Assembly: GCA_965112155.1 (NCBI GenBank) | Contig: OZ218106.1 | DNA from: Podarcis liolepis | Lineage: Eukaryota | Strand: one strand, 5' to 3' | Length of the DNA stretch: 64,000 nucleotides | In this document: piece after piece, positions 1 to 12,000 of the stretch | How the letters are laid out: each line of letters starts with the position of its first letter | How positions within the stretch are numbered: position 1 is the stretch's first letter | Translations under genes and position numbers: made by a program | The notes under the pieces: model-generated | What the model was told of the DNA's origin: nothing | The model's input: the letters and a program-made list of their open reading frames with translations, nothing else | Databases searched by the model: none

Positions 1-215
1 CCACTGATCAGCTGATTGGCACTGACAGCAAACCTTATTTGTTAAGGAACAATCAGGAGTTCCCTTTAAAGCTCCCCATTGTTCCTTTATAGCTGCAAGT
101 CTCCCTGCTCCACACCTGATCTCACATATGATGTGTGGAGTAGGTGGGCGTAGTTTGGGGAGACAGCCTAATGCGGGGCCTGATTTGGTCCATGGGCCAG
201 AAGTTCCCACCACTG
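1..215. mobile_element. End of a non-autonomous hAT-like DNA transposon, cut by the window edge
   Basis: Ends ...GGGCCAGAAGTTCCCACCACTG, a hAT-MITE-like terminus; similar sequence near 20905 and 51170. Confidence 0.45.
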
Positions 216-2299
216 TTTTAAAGCATCTTCCACACTTCTAGGTTGAGACATTTTTCCCTAGCCTGTGCATTACTTTTAGTTTGCTAGAAAGCTCGTCCTT
301 AATTGAAATAGCATGATACATGAGCAATTAATGCTCTTAACCCCCAACAACCCCCGAAAGGTCAATACAACATGACAACATAACTCCTGGTTTTAAAAAC
401 CAACATTAACCTTGACCCTGTGTGTGTTACTGCCTGCTGCTTAAAATTTATGGCAGCGAAATGAGGAGCAGTTCTTCTGCTGAATCAGCAAGATGTACTT
501 GCAGTGTGGGCAGAAGAGTGCCTTGGCTATTTCTGAAGGAAGAGCATGTCATCTAAATTAATATAGTCGAATTGCCTCATAAGTCATCTCTACAGCTTCG
601 TTGTGCAGTACTAGAGGGAAGACCAGAGTTCAATACAGTGCTCATTTTGCAGATGTAGTACCTATTCATCTAGCTTGGAGCTTCATATCATTTCATGCAG
701 TCGAGCTATAATGAGAGTCAGATTAAGAGCCCTGCTTGAAGAGCACCCGAGGTAGGCCATTAAACCAGCCATAAAACTTGTGCAAACCCTTCCAGGAGCC
801 TGCTTAATGCAGGTAGCGCCTTGGGCTGTAGAGAACCATGACAAACAAGCCCCAACCAGCCTTCCTAGGGAGAACGTCCAGAGTCCTGAACCTTTTACTA
901 AAAGAAACATATTGGGCAATAAAATGAGTCATCTCCTCAGTAAACATTGCTGAGCTCCTAATTGGCATGGAAATCATTGTTCCAACCTTTATGCTTCAAC
1001 TCTACCAAAAAAAGGGGGGAGAAAGAAAGGCAGCATTCGCCCCCCAAAAGATGCTATCCAAGCATCTTGTCCACATTCTTGTCTGCAACAAAAGAAACTA
1101 ATCCCGTACATTTGGACCAGATGGTCCCAGGGACATCTCTTTTCATCCTGTCTCCACAGTGACATCCATCTCACAGCAAATGCTAGCAACTTTGCCTTTG
1201 AAGTACGTTCTAAAACCAACACAGCCAGCCTTGGAAAGCTCAGCTGAACCTGAGTTGGACTGGACCACACCAGCCCCTTCTCTATCTTTAAAGGCTCAGC
1301 AAGACAGCTAGACTAATGGCTTAGAAATCACTCTGGGAACAAGAAGCAAAGAATACATTGGCTGTATGCTCATTTCAATTGAGAGACAATGGCTTGGATC
1401 CTAAAATGTTAACTTAAGGAAGTTCACAGAAGAGAAGTTTCCTGTCCCCTCCTCTCCCTCTGCAGCTACCTGTGCCTCACCTCCTAAATCCTATTTAAGG
1501 TCTACAGTTGTCCTGAACAGTGGCATACAGGGGATGGATGAATGTGTCACATTTGGTTTCTCCCTGTTTCTCATTTCCCCAGCCTTAGGTTCATTTCTCC
1601 ACATTTCTGCTTCATTGTGAATGGGACTCTTGTAGTTTCAAAGGCTGAAAAATTGTCAGCCGTTTAGTGCAAATGTCTCTTGATACAGTATAAACATTTT
1701 TCAATGCAATTTAGTTTGATGTACACACATTTTAATCCACACTTTCCCAAAACATGTTGGTAAAAATTATTTGGCTGGGAAACCATGCCACAAAATCTGG
1801 AGACAAGCGGATTTTGAAGGTTAGCTTTTTCTGGTTTTCATATTGTATTGCAAAGTGCAAATCAGGTCAGTTCACATGAACATCAGACTTGCTCTCCTAT
1901 CCCTAACTGAGAGAGTGCAGAATCACCCAAAATCAGGTGGAGGAATACCATCTGCAGCACGGAACCCCAGACAATTTCTCTGCACATCCAGAGTACCAGG
2001 AGAGAGTGGTCCATTAGGGTGAAAGGCATGCTACCCCACCCATCTCGGTCTCCTCTCAGCCAGCCCCCACCTGCTTGCCTTCTTACTTATAACTAGTCCA
2101 GCATTGGCTGTCAGCTTCCTTCTCCTCAGTCCAGTGTGGCCCTTGCAGAACTCGGCTGGGAGGGCAGTGGGGACAAAATTAGAATTAGTTGGCTCTGCCT
2201 GTCATTGGCTATGGTTGCATAAGTTATTAGCTCTGGCTCCGCCTACTTTGGTCTTTCTGCCTTATACCCCGCCAGCCTTTACTGCAGAACAGGAAGGTG

Positions 2300-2457
2300 C
2301 CCTACACTGACCCATCTAGCTTAGTGCTGTCTACACTGACTGGCAGTGGCAGCTCTCGAGAGCTCTTTCCCAGCCTTCCTGGAGGCACCAGGGATTGAAC
2401 CTGGCCCCTTCTGTGTGCAAAGCAGTTGCTCTAACCACTGAGCGGCGGCCCTTCCCC
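2300..2457 (-). mobile_element. tRNA-headed SINE with CR1-like tail (Squam2-like)
   Basis: Minus strand GGGGAAGGGCC..GCTCAGTGGTTAGAGC (A box)..GGTTCAATCCC (B box); related copies at 42906 and 46351. Confidence 0.75.
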
Positions 2458-3701
2458 AGCAAAACTTATTTATTTGGTGACACCCAGAGTGGCCTGATAA
2501 TTTCATAATGTGTGACTTACTATTTATTTGGAAGAAAAATGGTTAAGTTTCATTAGTCTGTCTATATGAAATCTAGAAATAAGGAGCCTAAGGTGCTATT
2601 CTTTGTGAATGAATATTTCTTCCACTGTAAGCTAAAAGTGGAAGCTGTAAGCTAAAGGGCTTATGGCAGAGAACAGGAAAAGAAGCTATTTAACAAGCAA
2701 ATTAAAATGATACTGAGATTATCTGACATAAAGGACAAAAAACAACAACAAACCCCTGGAACCCATTCTCAAGATTTTTAAACATTATCAGCTAGTAAAC
2801 ATGGATATTTTGAAGCCTAAGAGGGAAATGAAGAAATATTACTAGGTTTCCTGACCCATATCAGGTGAACATGAATTGTTTGGAAAACCTATTAAATGTG
2901 GCACATAGTTATTTATAGCAAAACCAGCTCAAACAGAGTTGCAGTAATCAATTCTTACAATAACAGACTCATAAATCAAAAGAGCAGCAATGCCATGAAA
3001 CAAATCAGGACTATGTTTTGTTAATGAAGAGAACGGGGTTTCTACAAAATAGGATGTTAATGCAAAATCCATAATCGGGCTTTCCTCACACACCACTGCT
3101 ACTGGAATGGGATCTGTATGTCTCCTTAAAATGCAGCTCTCAAATGTGAAGCAATTAAAATCGTCTCCACACTGAGATTTATTATTTTGAAAGTGTTGTC
3201 CATTGCTGCAGTGTGTTGGTGCTTGCATTCCCAAAGAGATTGTGTGGGGTGTGGACACAACCGTCACTGCATGGATTTTGGTAAAATAAGCAAACATGGA
3301 ATCTATCCTGATTGCTTTTGTAACCTGGGTGATTAGATTTGTGTTAGTTTTCAGGATCAGACTTCCAAGCAAGCAAATACATTTAAATCACCCATAAAAG
3401 CAAGCTACACAAATGAGCCAGCTCTGTCCCCAGATAAGAAATCAGACCAAATCTATGCATGATGGAGTGTGTGGATAATAAAGGCTGGTAACCTTTTTGG
3501 TCTTAACAATTGCAATTAACAATCATAATTAACAATTTCTGGGGAAGATTTTGCTCAGGAATCAGAAAGCCTCTGCCAACTATCTTTTTAAATCAATAAT
3601 CTAGCAAGAAAAGGTTTTTAGGGCAGTTTTAGAATTAAGTGCATTTTGAATTCATTTAGGTTGAAACATTTTCCATCTCTGCATGGCATTTTCATCTACA
3701 C

Positions 3702-3908
3702 CAGGGATCAGCAACCCACGGCTCCGGAGCCGCATGTGGCTCTTTTACACCTTTGCCGTGGCTCCGGGGCGGATACTAGCGAGGGGAGGAGGCGCATTGT
3801 GTGCCATGACACTCCCCACTGTTTTAAATGTCGCAATGGTTTTGCTGCTCCCGTTTTTTTTTCTTCGGTCCAAGTGGCTCTTTTTGTCTTAAAGGTTGCA
3901 GACCCCTG
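3702..3908. mobile_element. hAT (Charlie/Buster-type) MITE
   Basis: TIRs CAGGGATCAGCAACC / GGTTGCAGACCCCTG; perfect 8-bp TSD ATCTACAC (3694-3701, 3909-3916). Confidence 0.9.
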
Positions 3909-5724
3909 ATCTACACCCTTCTCCATAGTGAAAAATGGACAAGAAGCATGCAAAAAAAAAAGTTACATGTCAAGCCGACTTCATATGAGCATACAGATGA
4001 TGTGACCAGTATACAAGGGATGCCATTGCAAGGTGCATAAAGGAATCCAAAATGGGCATTATTATTGGCAGTGGATGAGAACACAGATAAAATTCAACCT
4101 CACCTACTTAAGAAAATACAAGTATGCTCCATGGCAAATTTTACATGTGGAAAACAATGTAAACTTCCTTAGTCATTGGAAACAGTTAGTGGTTTCTGTG
4201 TAGCATAAGCATGTGTGGTAAACTGGGATAATAAGTAGTCTACAAGATTTCACATAGTGATGCTGGCCCATTAGAAGTAGGATAACATTGACCAGAACCA
4301 ACTAGGTCTGCGTAAAACCTCCACCATTCTGTCTTAAAAAGCATTTCAACCTGAAAAGCATTTCTCCATCTTGCTCTAAAACAATCTTTTCCCGCTCCTT
4401 TCCTTTCTTTTTATGTGTATCATCTGCTCCGGCGAAGAGTTTTGATGAACTCAAAATCTTGCTAACTTCTTTGTGACCTTTTCCTTGGTGCTGCAGGTCT
4501 AGTTTCACCCCAAGAGTTCAAGAACTCAAGTTCTACTAATTTTACCATTGGGTAGAATATCAGGCTACAGCCGCGGCATCTCAGAAACCACAGAAGGCGC
4601 TTAGGAGCAAATTCATTGATATTGGAGCTTTCACGTGAAAGTTAGATGGTGCTGTTAGATGGCTGCCCTGCCATTATTCATTCCCTGCAGAGAGCAGCCT
4701 TCAGCCCAGAATTAGTGTACACAATGTTGTTTGTTGTACATTTACTTCACCAGAAAACCATTTTCTCTCTTCTACATAGTCTGCTCTCCTGGAGAAAGAA
4801 GTTTTATAGTACGTTGGAGGATTTTGTTTTATTTTTGAACGTGGGCAGTCCTGTTTCCAAAATATCCATATAATCTAGGAAAAGAGACACTTTAATGCAA
4901 AAACATATTTCAGCTTCCCTAATAACATTTCTCCTTTCCCTGCAGAAATTGTTTTTATTGATTCTGAATCTTTGTGAGCTTAGCATTCATAAAAGAGGCC
5001 AAACAGGTAGTCGGCAGGTACACAACTTAGGTACATAACATATTTAGTGCAGGTTGTACAAGGTAATAATAATTCCCAGGGTTGTCCCCCCACGGTGTGC
5101 CATAAGCCCTTTCTCAGTCAATAGGTATTGATCCAGTGATAGAGAATCTAAAATCATCCAAAGGCTGTTATGACAATGGCTCCCAGGCTGTCCTGAAGGC
5201 CCCTTCCCCCTTCCCCAAATGAAATAATGGCTGGGGGGAAACCATTCATAATTAAAAAGGCCTCTATTTTGTTTTATTAAATTTATATCCTTCCCTTCCT
5301 CACAAAGGAGCCCAAGGCAGCAAACACATCAGTAATAAAGCAATAATTAAAAACAACAATATCCAGAACAAAATAAAAACATACTAAAACCCCTTCAAAA
5401 CAATTAAAAACAGATAAAACAATTTTAAAACATCTTCATGAAGGCACTGTGTGTGATATGATATGTAAGCCCCATTCAGGTCTTCAGATGCAATTCACAT
5501 ACATAGGCAGAAAAACAGCAGAGTCCATAAACAATACTTATATTGGTTGAACATCTGAACAGAGCCACCACACATACAGTTACTTGCATGTAGGGTTCTG
5601 CGCATGAAACACATGACCTATTTTGAGCATGGCTCTGTCCAACCCATCAACATGTCTATCAGCAACTGAGATGGGCAAGAGAAGCTTGACAATGGAACCT
5701 AAAGGGGTGATGAGCTCCCCCTCC

Positions 5725-5819
5725 TTAGATAGCCATCTGTTGGTGATGCTCTAGCTCTGGATTTTCTGCATCAAGCAGGGGAGGGGACTAGGCAGCCTGT
5801 CCAAATTTATGATTCTATG
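5725..5819 (+). mobile_element. CR1 LINE 3' end fragment
   Basis: GCAGGGG..GGACTAG..TATGATTCTATG tail typical of CR1. Confidence 0.55.
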
Positions 5820-6545
5820 GCAGTGACAATCACTAAAAAGGTGGTGCCAGAATGCACAGTGCAGTCCTGAGAACCAGATAAAGGTAGCACTGAGCACAAT
5901 TTCCCCCTGTGAAAAAGGAAAGGAGTCCCTCTATTTCATATGTAGGGTGGGCAAATTTTTGATAACCTCCTTCTCAAGGCAAAGAGCAGCTCTGGAGGAG
6001 TGATTTCCAACAGTGGAGGAAAGCGTGAAACTCCTACTCCAGCAGTCTCCGTAATTGTTGGCTTTCCCCAGCAGCTGTCATCTGCATTTTTAAAATATGG
6101 ATATGGAATACAAATGTGCATTTAACATCACATCTACCTGGGCTCACAGACGACAGGAAAGAGGGCAATTTTTTGCTCTCGGGCAATTACCCTTGCAGGG
6201 GGTTAGACCTGCCAAATTTCCAACAGAAGGTTCCTGTTTTGTAGGCAACTTATAAAGCCATACAGCTAGACTCACAAATAAATGGTGGCTCTATTGGACA
6301 AGTCAGGGTGTTGTCGAATGAAGTAGTTCCATTAGCACAGGGATTGCCATTTGCACAACAGAACTTCCTTTGCTCCTCTCTCTGTGTACCCCTGCACCTT
6401 CCCCACATCTTCTCCAGAGGGTTGGAGAAACCCTCAGAACAGATTTAGAGGGTGCATGGGGACAGGAAAAGTTCCAGCCCGAAGTCCTTGCAGAATGTTG
6501 GATATTTTTGCTAAAATATATTTGAGTTGAAGGTTGTGCAGTTTG

Positions 6546-7683
6546 GGGGGCCACTAGGGGCGCATTGGAAGATGGCCGACAATAACATCTCTCTGACCCA
6601 CACGAGGTAATTAAGAGGCTGTGATGGGAGTAAGCAGCCTCCCGGCCCCCCCAAGCGGGTGGGGGGAACTGCCCTTGCCTGCTGTGCCCTATACCACCCC
6701 CGAATTTGAGGGGGTGGGGGCACTAGGCAGAAAGCCCTTGTGTGGACTTCGGCGCTCCTGGACGCTGTCTCTGATTCGCGCCTCTAGCTGTAGCAACTTC
6801 AAAAGAAACAATTAGGAGGAAGCTAATGCACATATTTCAAGGAAGAATGGGGAGTAAAGACTGCTAATTGAGGAGATCTCTGAGAAAGAAGACGGGTCGG
6901 ATAAACAGCAATTTATCATGAGAAGACACACCAAGGCTCGGTATGTCGGCAACGGGACTGGATGGGGGGGGGACTTTCCTTTCTTTTCTCTATGTGATTA
7001 ACCAAGAATCCCCCCCCCCACACGAGTCAGAAATGCCGCTTAAATGACCTAAGCTGATGATTTAAGCCTGTGTGGAGATAATTTTCTAACCAAAAGCATG
7101 TTTTAAGGAGATCATGGAGAGTATAAGAGCTTTGGGATGACGCAGTAAAAAATAGCGTCGCCATTTTGGCAAGTTCTGTCGAAAGACTTATGTCTGGGAG
7201 GAGGAGTGGATCTGTTTTCATATGTGGGCGAGCCTCCTCAGAGGGACTAAAGAAGGCGACAGATTTGCGAAGATTAATGATGGAAAGTGTGCTTTTATTT
7301 ATGGAAGTGATGATGTATGGAAACCATCTCGATATGGTGATTGGACGAACGGAAAAATCCACACAGGATTATAACTGGTGTTTACTTGCTTAAGGAGATT
7401 ATCAGAAGAGATCATAAAGAAAAAAGAAAAATATATGAATAAGATGAGATGTGGGAACAGCAAGATAAGACTGGATAGAATTATGAATATTATTTGGACA
7501 GATTTGTAGATATTGTGGATATTAACGCAGCAGCAAGATGATGATTGGAATCCCCTTCGGAACTTGAAATATGGGTCCCCCCAACAAAAAATTTAAAATT
7601 CGGCTTTGTAATTCGGAATTTATGTGATGTGATTTGATTTGATTGGTCGGTTAATAAAAATTATTTAAAAAAAAAAAGAAGAA
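6546..7683 (+). mobile_element. L1-mobilised non-autonomous retroposon, 1138 bp, apparently 5'-complete
   Basis: Perfect 17-bp TSD GAAGGTTGTGCAGTTTG (6529-6545, 7684-7700); starts GGGGG; YY1 motif AAGATGGCCG 6569-6578; AATAAA 7653-7658; A11(GAA)2 tail; no long ORF. Confidence 0.88.
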
Positions 7684-8185
7684 GAAGGTTGTGCAGTTTG
7701 TAATTTCACTCCCCCTTTCCCTCCTCCATTCATTGGAACCACCATCTGAACTCTGAATGAGTATGAATGAGGAACAAATGGATATGTGACATTCAGAATG
7801 CTGGGCTCCTCCAGATGCCCTATTTGCTAACCATTCATCTTGATTTGCTTGCACAATGTTTATGGGGAGGTTAGATGATATCCAGTCTTTATTGAATAGC
7901 CTGTCATATTTGTTTGGTGAGGAGCTACACCACAATGAGTGCTCATCCTTATTTTCTTGCGTGTCAAGACCCTGAGCCCTCCCCCATTTTGTTGAATAAT
8001 GAAACACATGGACACTAGTATTTTAGGTTAATGGGCTAAAAAGGCCACAACTTTATTGGTTACAGAATGTGAGTGGCATTGGCTTAGGCACTGGAATTGA
8101 ACCAACTATATCTGATTCCTTCTGTGCCCTGCAGGTAGTCTAGTAAGGGTCAACCACCAGTAGGGGGAGCCCTGTTGATGTACAT

Positions 8186-8450
8186 CGGGGGTCGGCAACC
8201 TGCGGCCCGTGGGCTGAAAGTGGCCCATGGGGGCAGTTTAGCCAGCCCACGAGACACCCCCGGACCGAGCCACCTGCTTGGTGAGTCCCCCCATGCTGTG
8301 CTAAACCGGCGTGGCACGGGAACTTGCTTCCACGGTGCCAGAAATCGTGTATGCGCAGACACTGAAAATCACGCACGTGCACGCAATCCGGCCCACTGAG
8401 AAATCTGCATGGGACGATGGGTCCAGGCAGGTAAAACCTTGCCAACTCCA
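8186..8450. mobile_element. hAT (Charlie/Buster-type) MITE
   Basis: Left end CGGGGGTCGGCAACC, degenerate right TIR, perfect TSD ATGTACAT (8178-8185, 8451-8458); CpG-rich. Confidence 0.88.
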
Positions 8451-8980
8451 ATGTACATCAACTGAGAGCCCTAGCCCATACCCAGGCTTCAGAAGAGATC
8501 CACACCCCTGGATCCCTTTAATTGAATACCCTTAAAGAGGAGGGGCAGGTGATGGCTGCAACCTCCCATCACTTTCCCAACTTCAAAAAGTCTGCTTTTT
8601 TAAAGTGGATTCGTTATGCTTGGGAAACAGAACATTTTGATTGCAAAAACTTAAATTTCCCAATATGCGTTAGAAACCCTTCTGCAAAATATTGACAAAG
8701 CGCCCTTATTCATAAATCTGGCATTCATTCTGTACAAGAAATGAATGAAATAAATTGCCTCCATTTGTTCAGTTTTTAAAAATTTCTTATGAAATGAAAC
8801 CCTGATTTTCAGTTGAATACCCGCTGCCAAATTTAGGCTTCCTTGTAGAAAGACTTATAGGATTCTACATAACTTCCTGGCAGACCTGTAGCAGATTTCT
8901 CTAAGGCCAAGGGAAAAAAGGAAGAGAAGAGTTTGTGTTGTGCTTATGGGGACAGTGCTCAGTAATTCACTATGCCTAAA

Positions 8981-9049
8981 TACCACATAACAGTTCCTGG
9001 TGGCAACTGAATTTTAAAATATGAAGACTTTTTAATAGGCATTTTTATT
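8981..9049 (-). terminator. Candidate distal polyadenylation site of SLC7A11
   Basis: Minus strand: AATAAA (9044-9049) then ATTAAA (9031-9036), upstream TGTA motifs, downstream GU-rich tract TGTTATGTGGTATTT. Confidence 0.45.
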
Positions 9050-12000
9050 TTTAGCAAAAATGCATTTCTGTATAACTTGTTTTAACTGTATACACGTATA
9101 TACATATTTAACACATCAACAGTACAAGAGGAGCTCAATTAAAAGCTTTACAATGAGAAGATAAATATATTTCAATTTATTTTACATAATGTAAGTAGTG
9201 TACAACCAGAAACTGCTTTAGATGCATATATAGGTTCTCATCCATCCTTGTCATACTTTTAGGGCTTTCCCACACTTTTTGGAGGTATGTAGAGCTTTTG
9301 TTCAGGAATCTGGAATTGGCCTATCATGTTATTCTCTTCTGTACAATTAGAAGTAACAGCATCCCCTTCAGCACTATCTCCAAATTCATACAAAAATCAA
9401 ACAAATCACCCAAAAAAGACCAATTTCTGCTCCTATAACTCTTATTCCAGCCACTTTGTCAGGTGTGTGGGTGTTTGAATAGCTGCTGGATGTTTTGAGC
9501 AGGCATCACTGCTAGCCATCAAACAGCAATGCAGTAAAACTTAATTGCATATTTATTAAAGTTATATGTCCAGGAAATGGGTCTAATAAGGGTCAAAAAG
9601 AGTGCTTCATCCATCTGTTGATTGAGGGAATGATGCTATTCTACACTTAGTTCAGGACAATTCCATGGCTATTTCATTACACTATTATATATTTACTTTT
9701 GATTGAAATTCATTTTGTTCCTGGTTTCCTACACCGCATCAGAGCTGTCCCTGAGGGATCCAGTCTTGCTTGCTTTTAAAAAGAGATGCCTGTACATGGT
9801 CCTATTTAAATTAAGATTCAAAGGGGGAAGGGAATGGACTGACATGGATTTCTCCAAAACTACAGGTGTATATCACCCGTTTCCAATAGCAAACAGATCC
9901 AGGAGCACATTAAAGGAACTGCAGAGCATCATGTTTGTAGGCCCTGTATGTGTCGCACACATTAGCCATGCACTCTTCTTTGACAACGATTGCAGACCAA
10001 CATGTTTCTGCTTGGAATGCAAAGTCCTTAATATCAAGACTACAACAGTTTGAAGATCTCCAAGTTACTCTCATTTAGCAGAGACCACTCAAAAACAGCC
10101 TTCTTGTGACAATTTAACCCATTGCTGTTAGCATACAGCATCTGCCTCCACCTTCCAGTTCCTTACGATATGCATCTTCTCCAACCCAGAACTGCTACAC
10201 CAGCGATGTGGCTAATCTGCTTGGCGATTCTCTACATCATGAGAAAATAGGAACAGGAACCCCACAGGATGTATCCAGTAATGAAAAGGCTTGTCAAGAT
10301 TTCAAAGGAGAAATTGAAAAAGTGCAAACAAGGACAAGCCATCCGAATAGCAGCTCTCTGCTGTTAGAAAACATCTCTAGTGCTTGAAGTACTATAGTGC
10401 CATTTTAAATTAGTGGGTTAATCCTAGTTTGCTTTATTTCTCATAGGCACCAGCCCTATTCATATATTACTCGAGAGGGCACTCATGCTTTGAAGCAAGA
10501 ACTAGAATATGTTTCCAGGCACATCCTTGATGTTGCATCCCTGGGCAACTTCACCCCTCCAGTGTCTTCACACTGAATGTGGTTCACTCCAAAGATTGTC
10601 TGGGTGTTGAGTATGGCTGCATAAGTCTTTTGTTCATGTGAAGCTTCTGTGCATTAACAGCTGCTTTTCATGACAAATGTGATGTGTGGAAATCAAAGGA
10701 TGGTTAATGCAGGAACCTTACATTGTGGGTAGCAGCACCACTCCTGCTTCAAGCTGTAAATGCTATGAGTAACATGCGAATAGGGGCAATATGTCTGCAA
10801 AACTTACATTCTCCTTACAGCATGTTTTCCAGCTACAGGACCAACCGGGAAATTTAGTCACTACACTTCATTTTAGAAACACCGTATTTCATTGCGTTCA
10901 GTTTACAACATTTATAAGCAGTTCTATTTTCACTACAGACTTTTTAGATTTGTTTGCTTGGTATATTGAAAAGAGAATGTTGAGTACTTTTCACTTATCT
11001 GCCTTTGCATGAGAAGTTACCAATCAATAAGCATCCACTGCTTTGATTTGAAATCATAATTAAGCTAGGCAAAATGTGCTGTTGCCAATAATCCACAGCG
11101 TATTTTGGATCTCATTATATAATATAAAGGAATGACAGCAGATAGTTTATTACCTGCTAAAATTTCATCTCTTTCCCCACTCCCTTCCAACATCTTTCAC
11201 TGGCTAAGCCAGTGACAGTGGGAAATTAAAGGTGTTTTTAAACAACAACCTAAACATCCCACTCCCAATGTAATAATTTTAAACTCAGAAATGAAAATAT
11301 GAAACTCATGCAAACATTTAATAGAGAACATTAACCGACTGCCAAGGAAATTCTTGACCACTGCCCAACTACTTCTTTAAAACTGAGGAGCCTATCTCAG
11401 ATTCTCAATATTAAACAAAACAGTCTCCAGCAATATGTCTGTTTTTCTTCAGATGCATTGAATATAAATGTAAAAGGCAAGAACTTGATTAATTAAGATG
11501 TTTAAGTTCCTCTTTAGAGATCAAGCATAATTTCTTCAAAGAAAATTAGTTCCAAACTGGCTATTGTTTGCAAAACTGGTCAGCTTTGCCCATTGGACAG
11601 TGAATAAGTCTTGTTGAATTCAGTAGGCTTTGCTTTTGAGTGCAGGTGCCTAGAATTGCACTACAAATGCCTATTAATAATGGAATGCATATGTAGTAAT
11701 TAATTATTCTGGCCAAAGTTTATCATTTCCTTCTTAGGTTTATGTGATCTTAATCAGCCTTTTTATATTAGCAGCAAGGCTTTACACAGCTTTTGTAAAT
11801 AAAAGAAGATTCAGTTGCTGAATTCTTACCAATTCCCATTGGATTACACCTGTATAAACAAAGTCAGAGTATATTCTATTACTCACTGTTGGTGAAACAC
11901 AAATGGAGTAATAGCAGATATTTCTAGCTTTGCTCCTGACCAACACCTGCTCACTGTATCAGGCAGCTTAAAATCAATAGGCAGATGGTAAATGGAGATG

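Noticed and set aside
2929-3372. 147-aa minus-strand ORF
   Set aside because: Non-ATG start, no recognisable homology or splice structure
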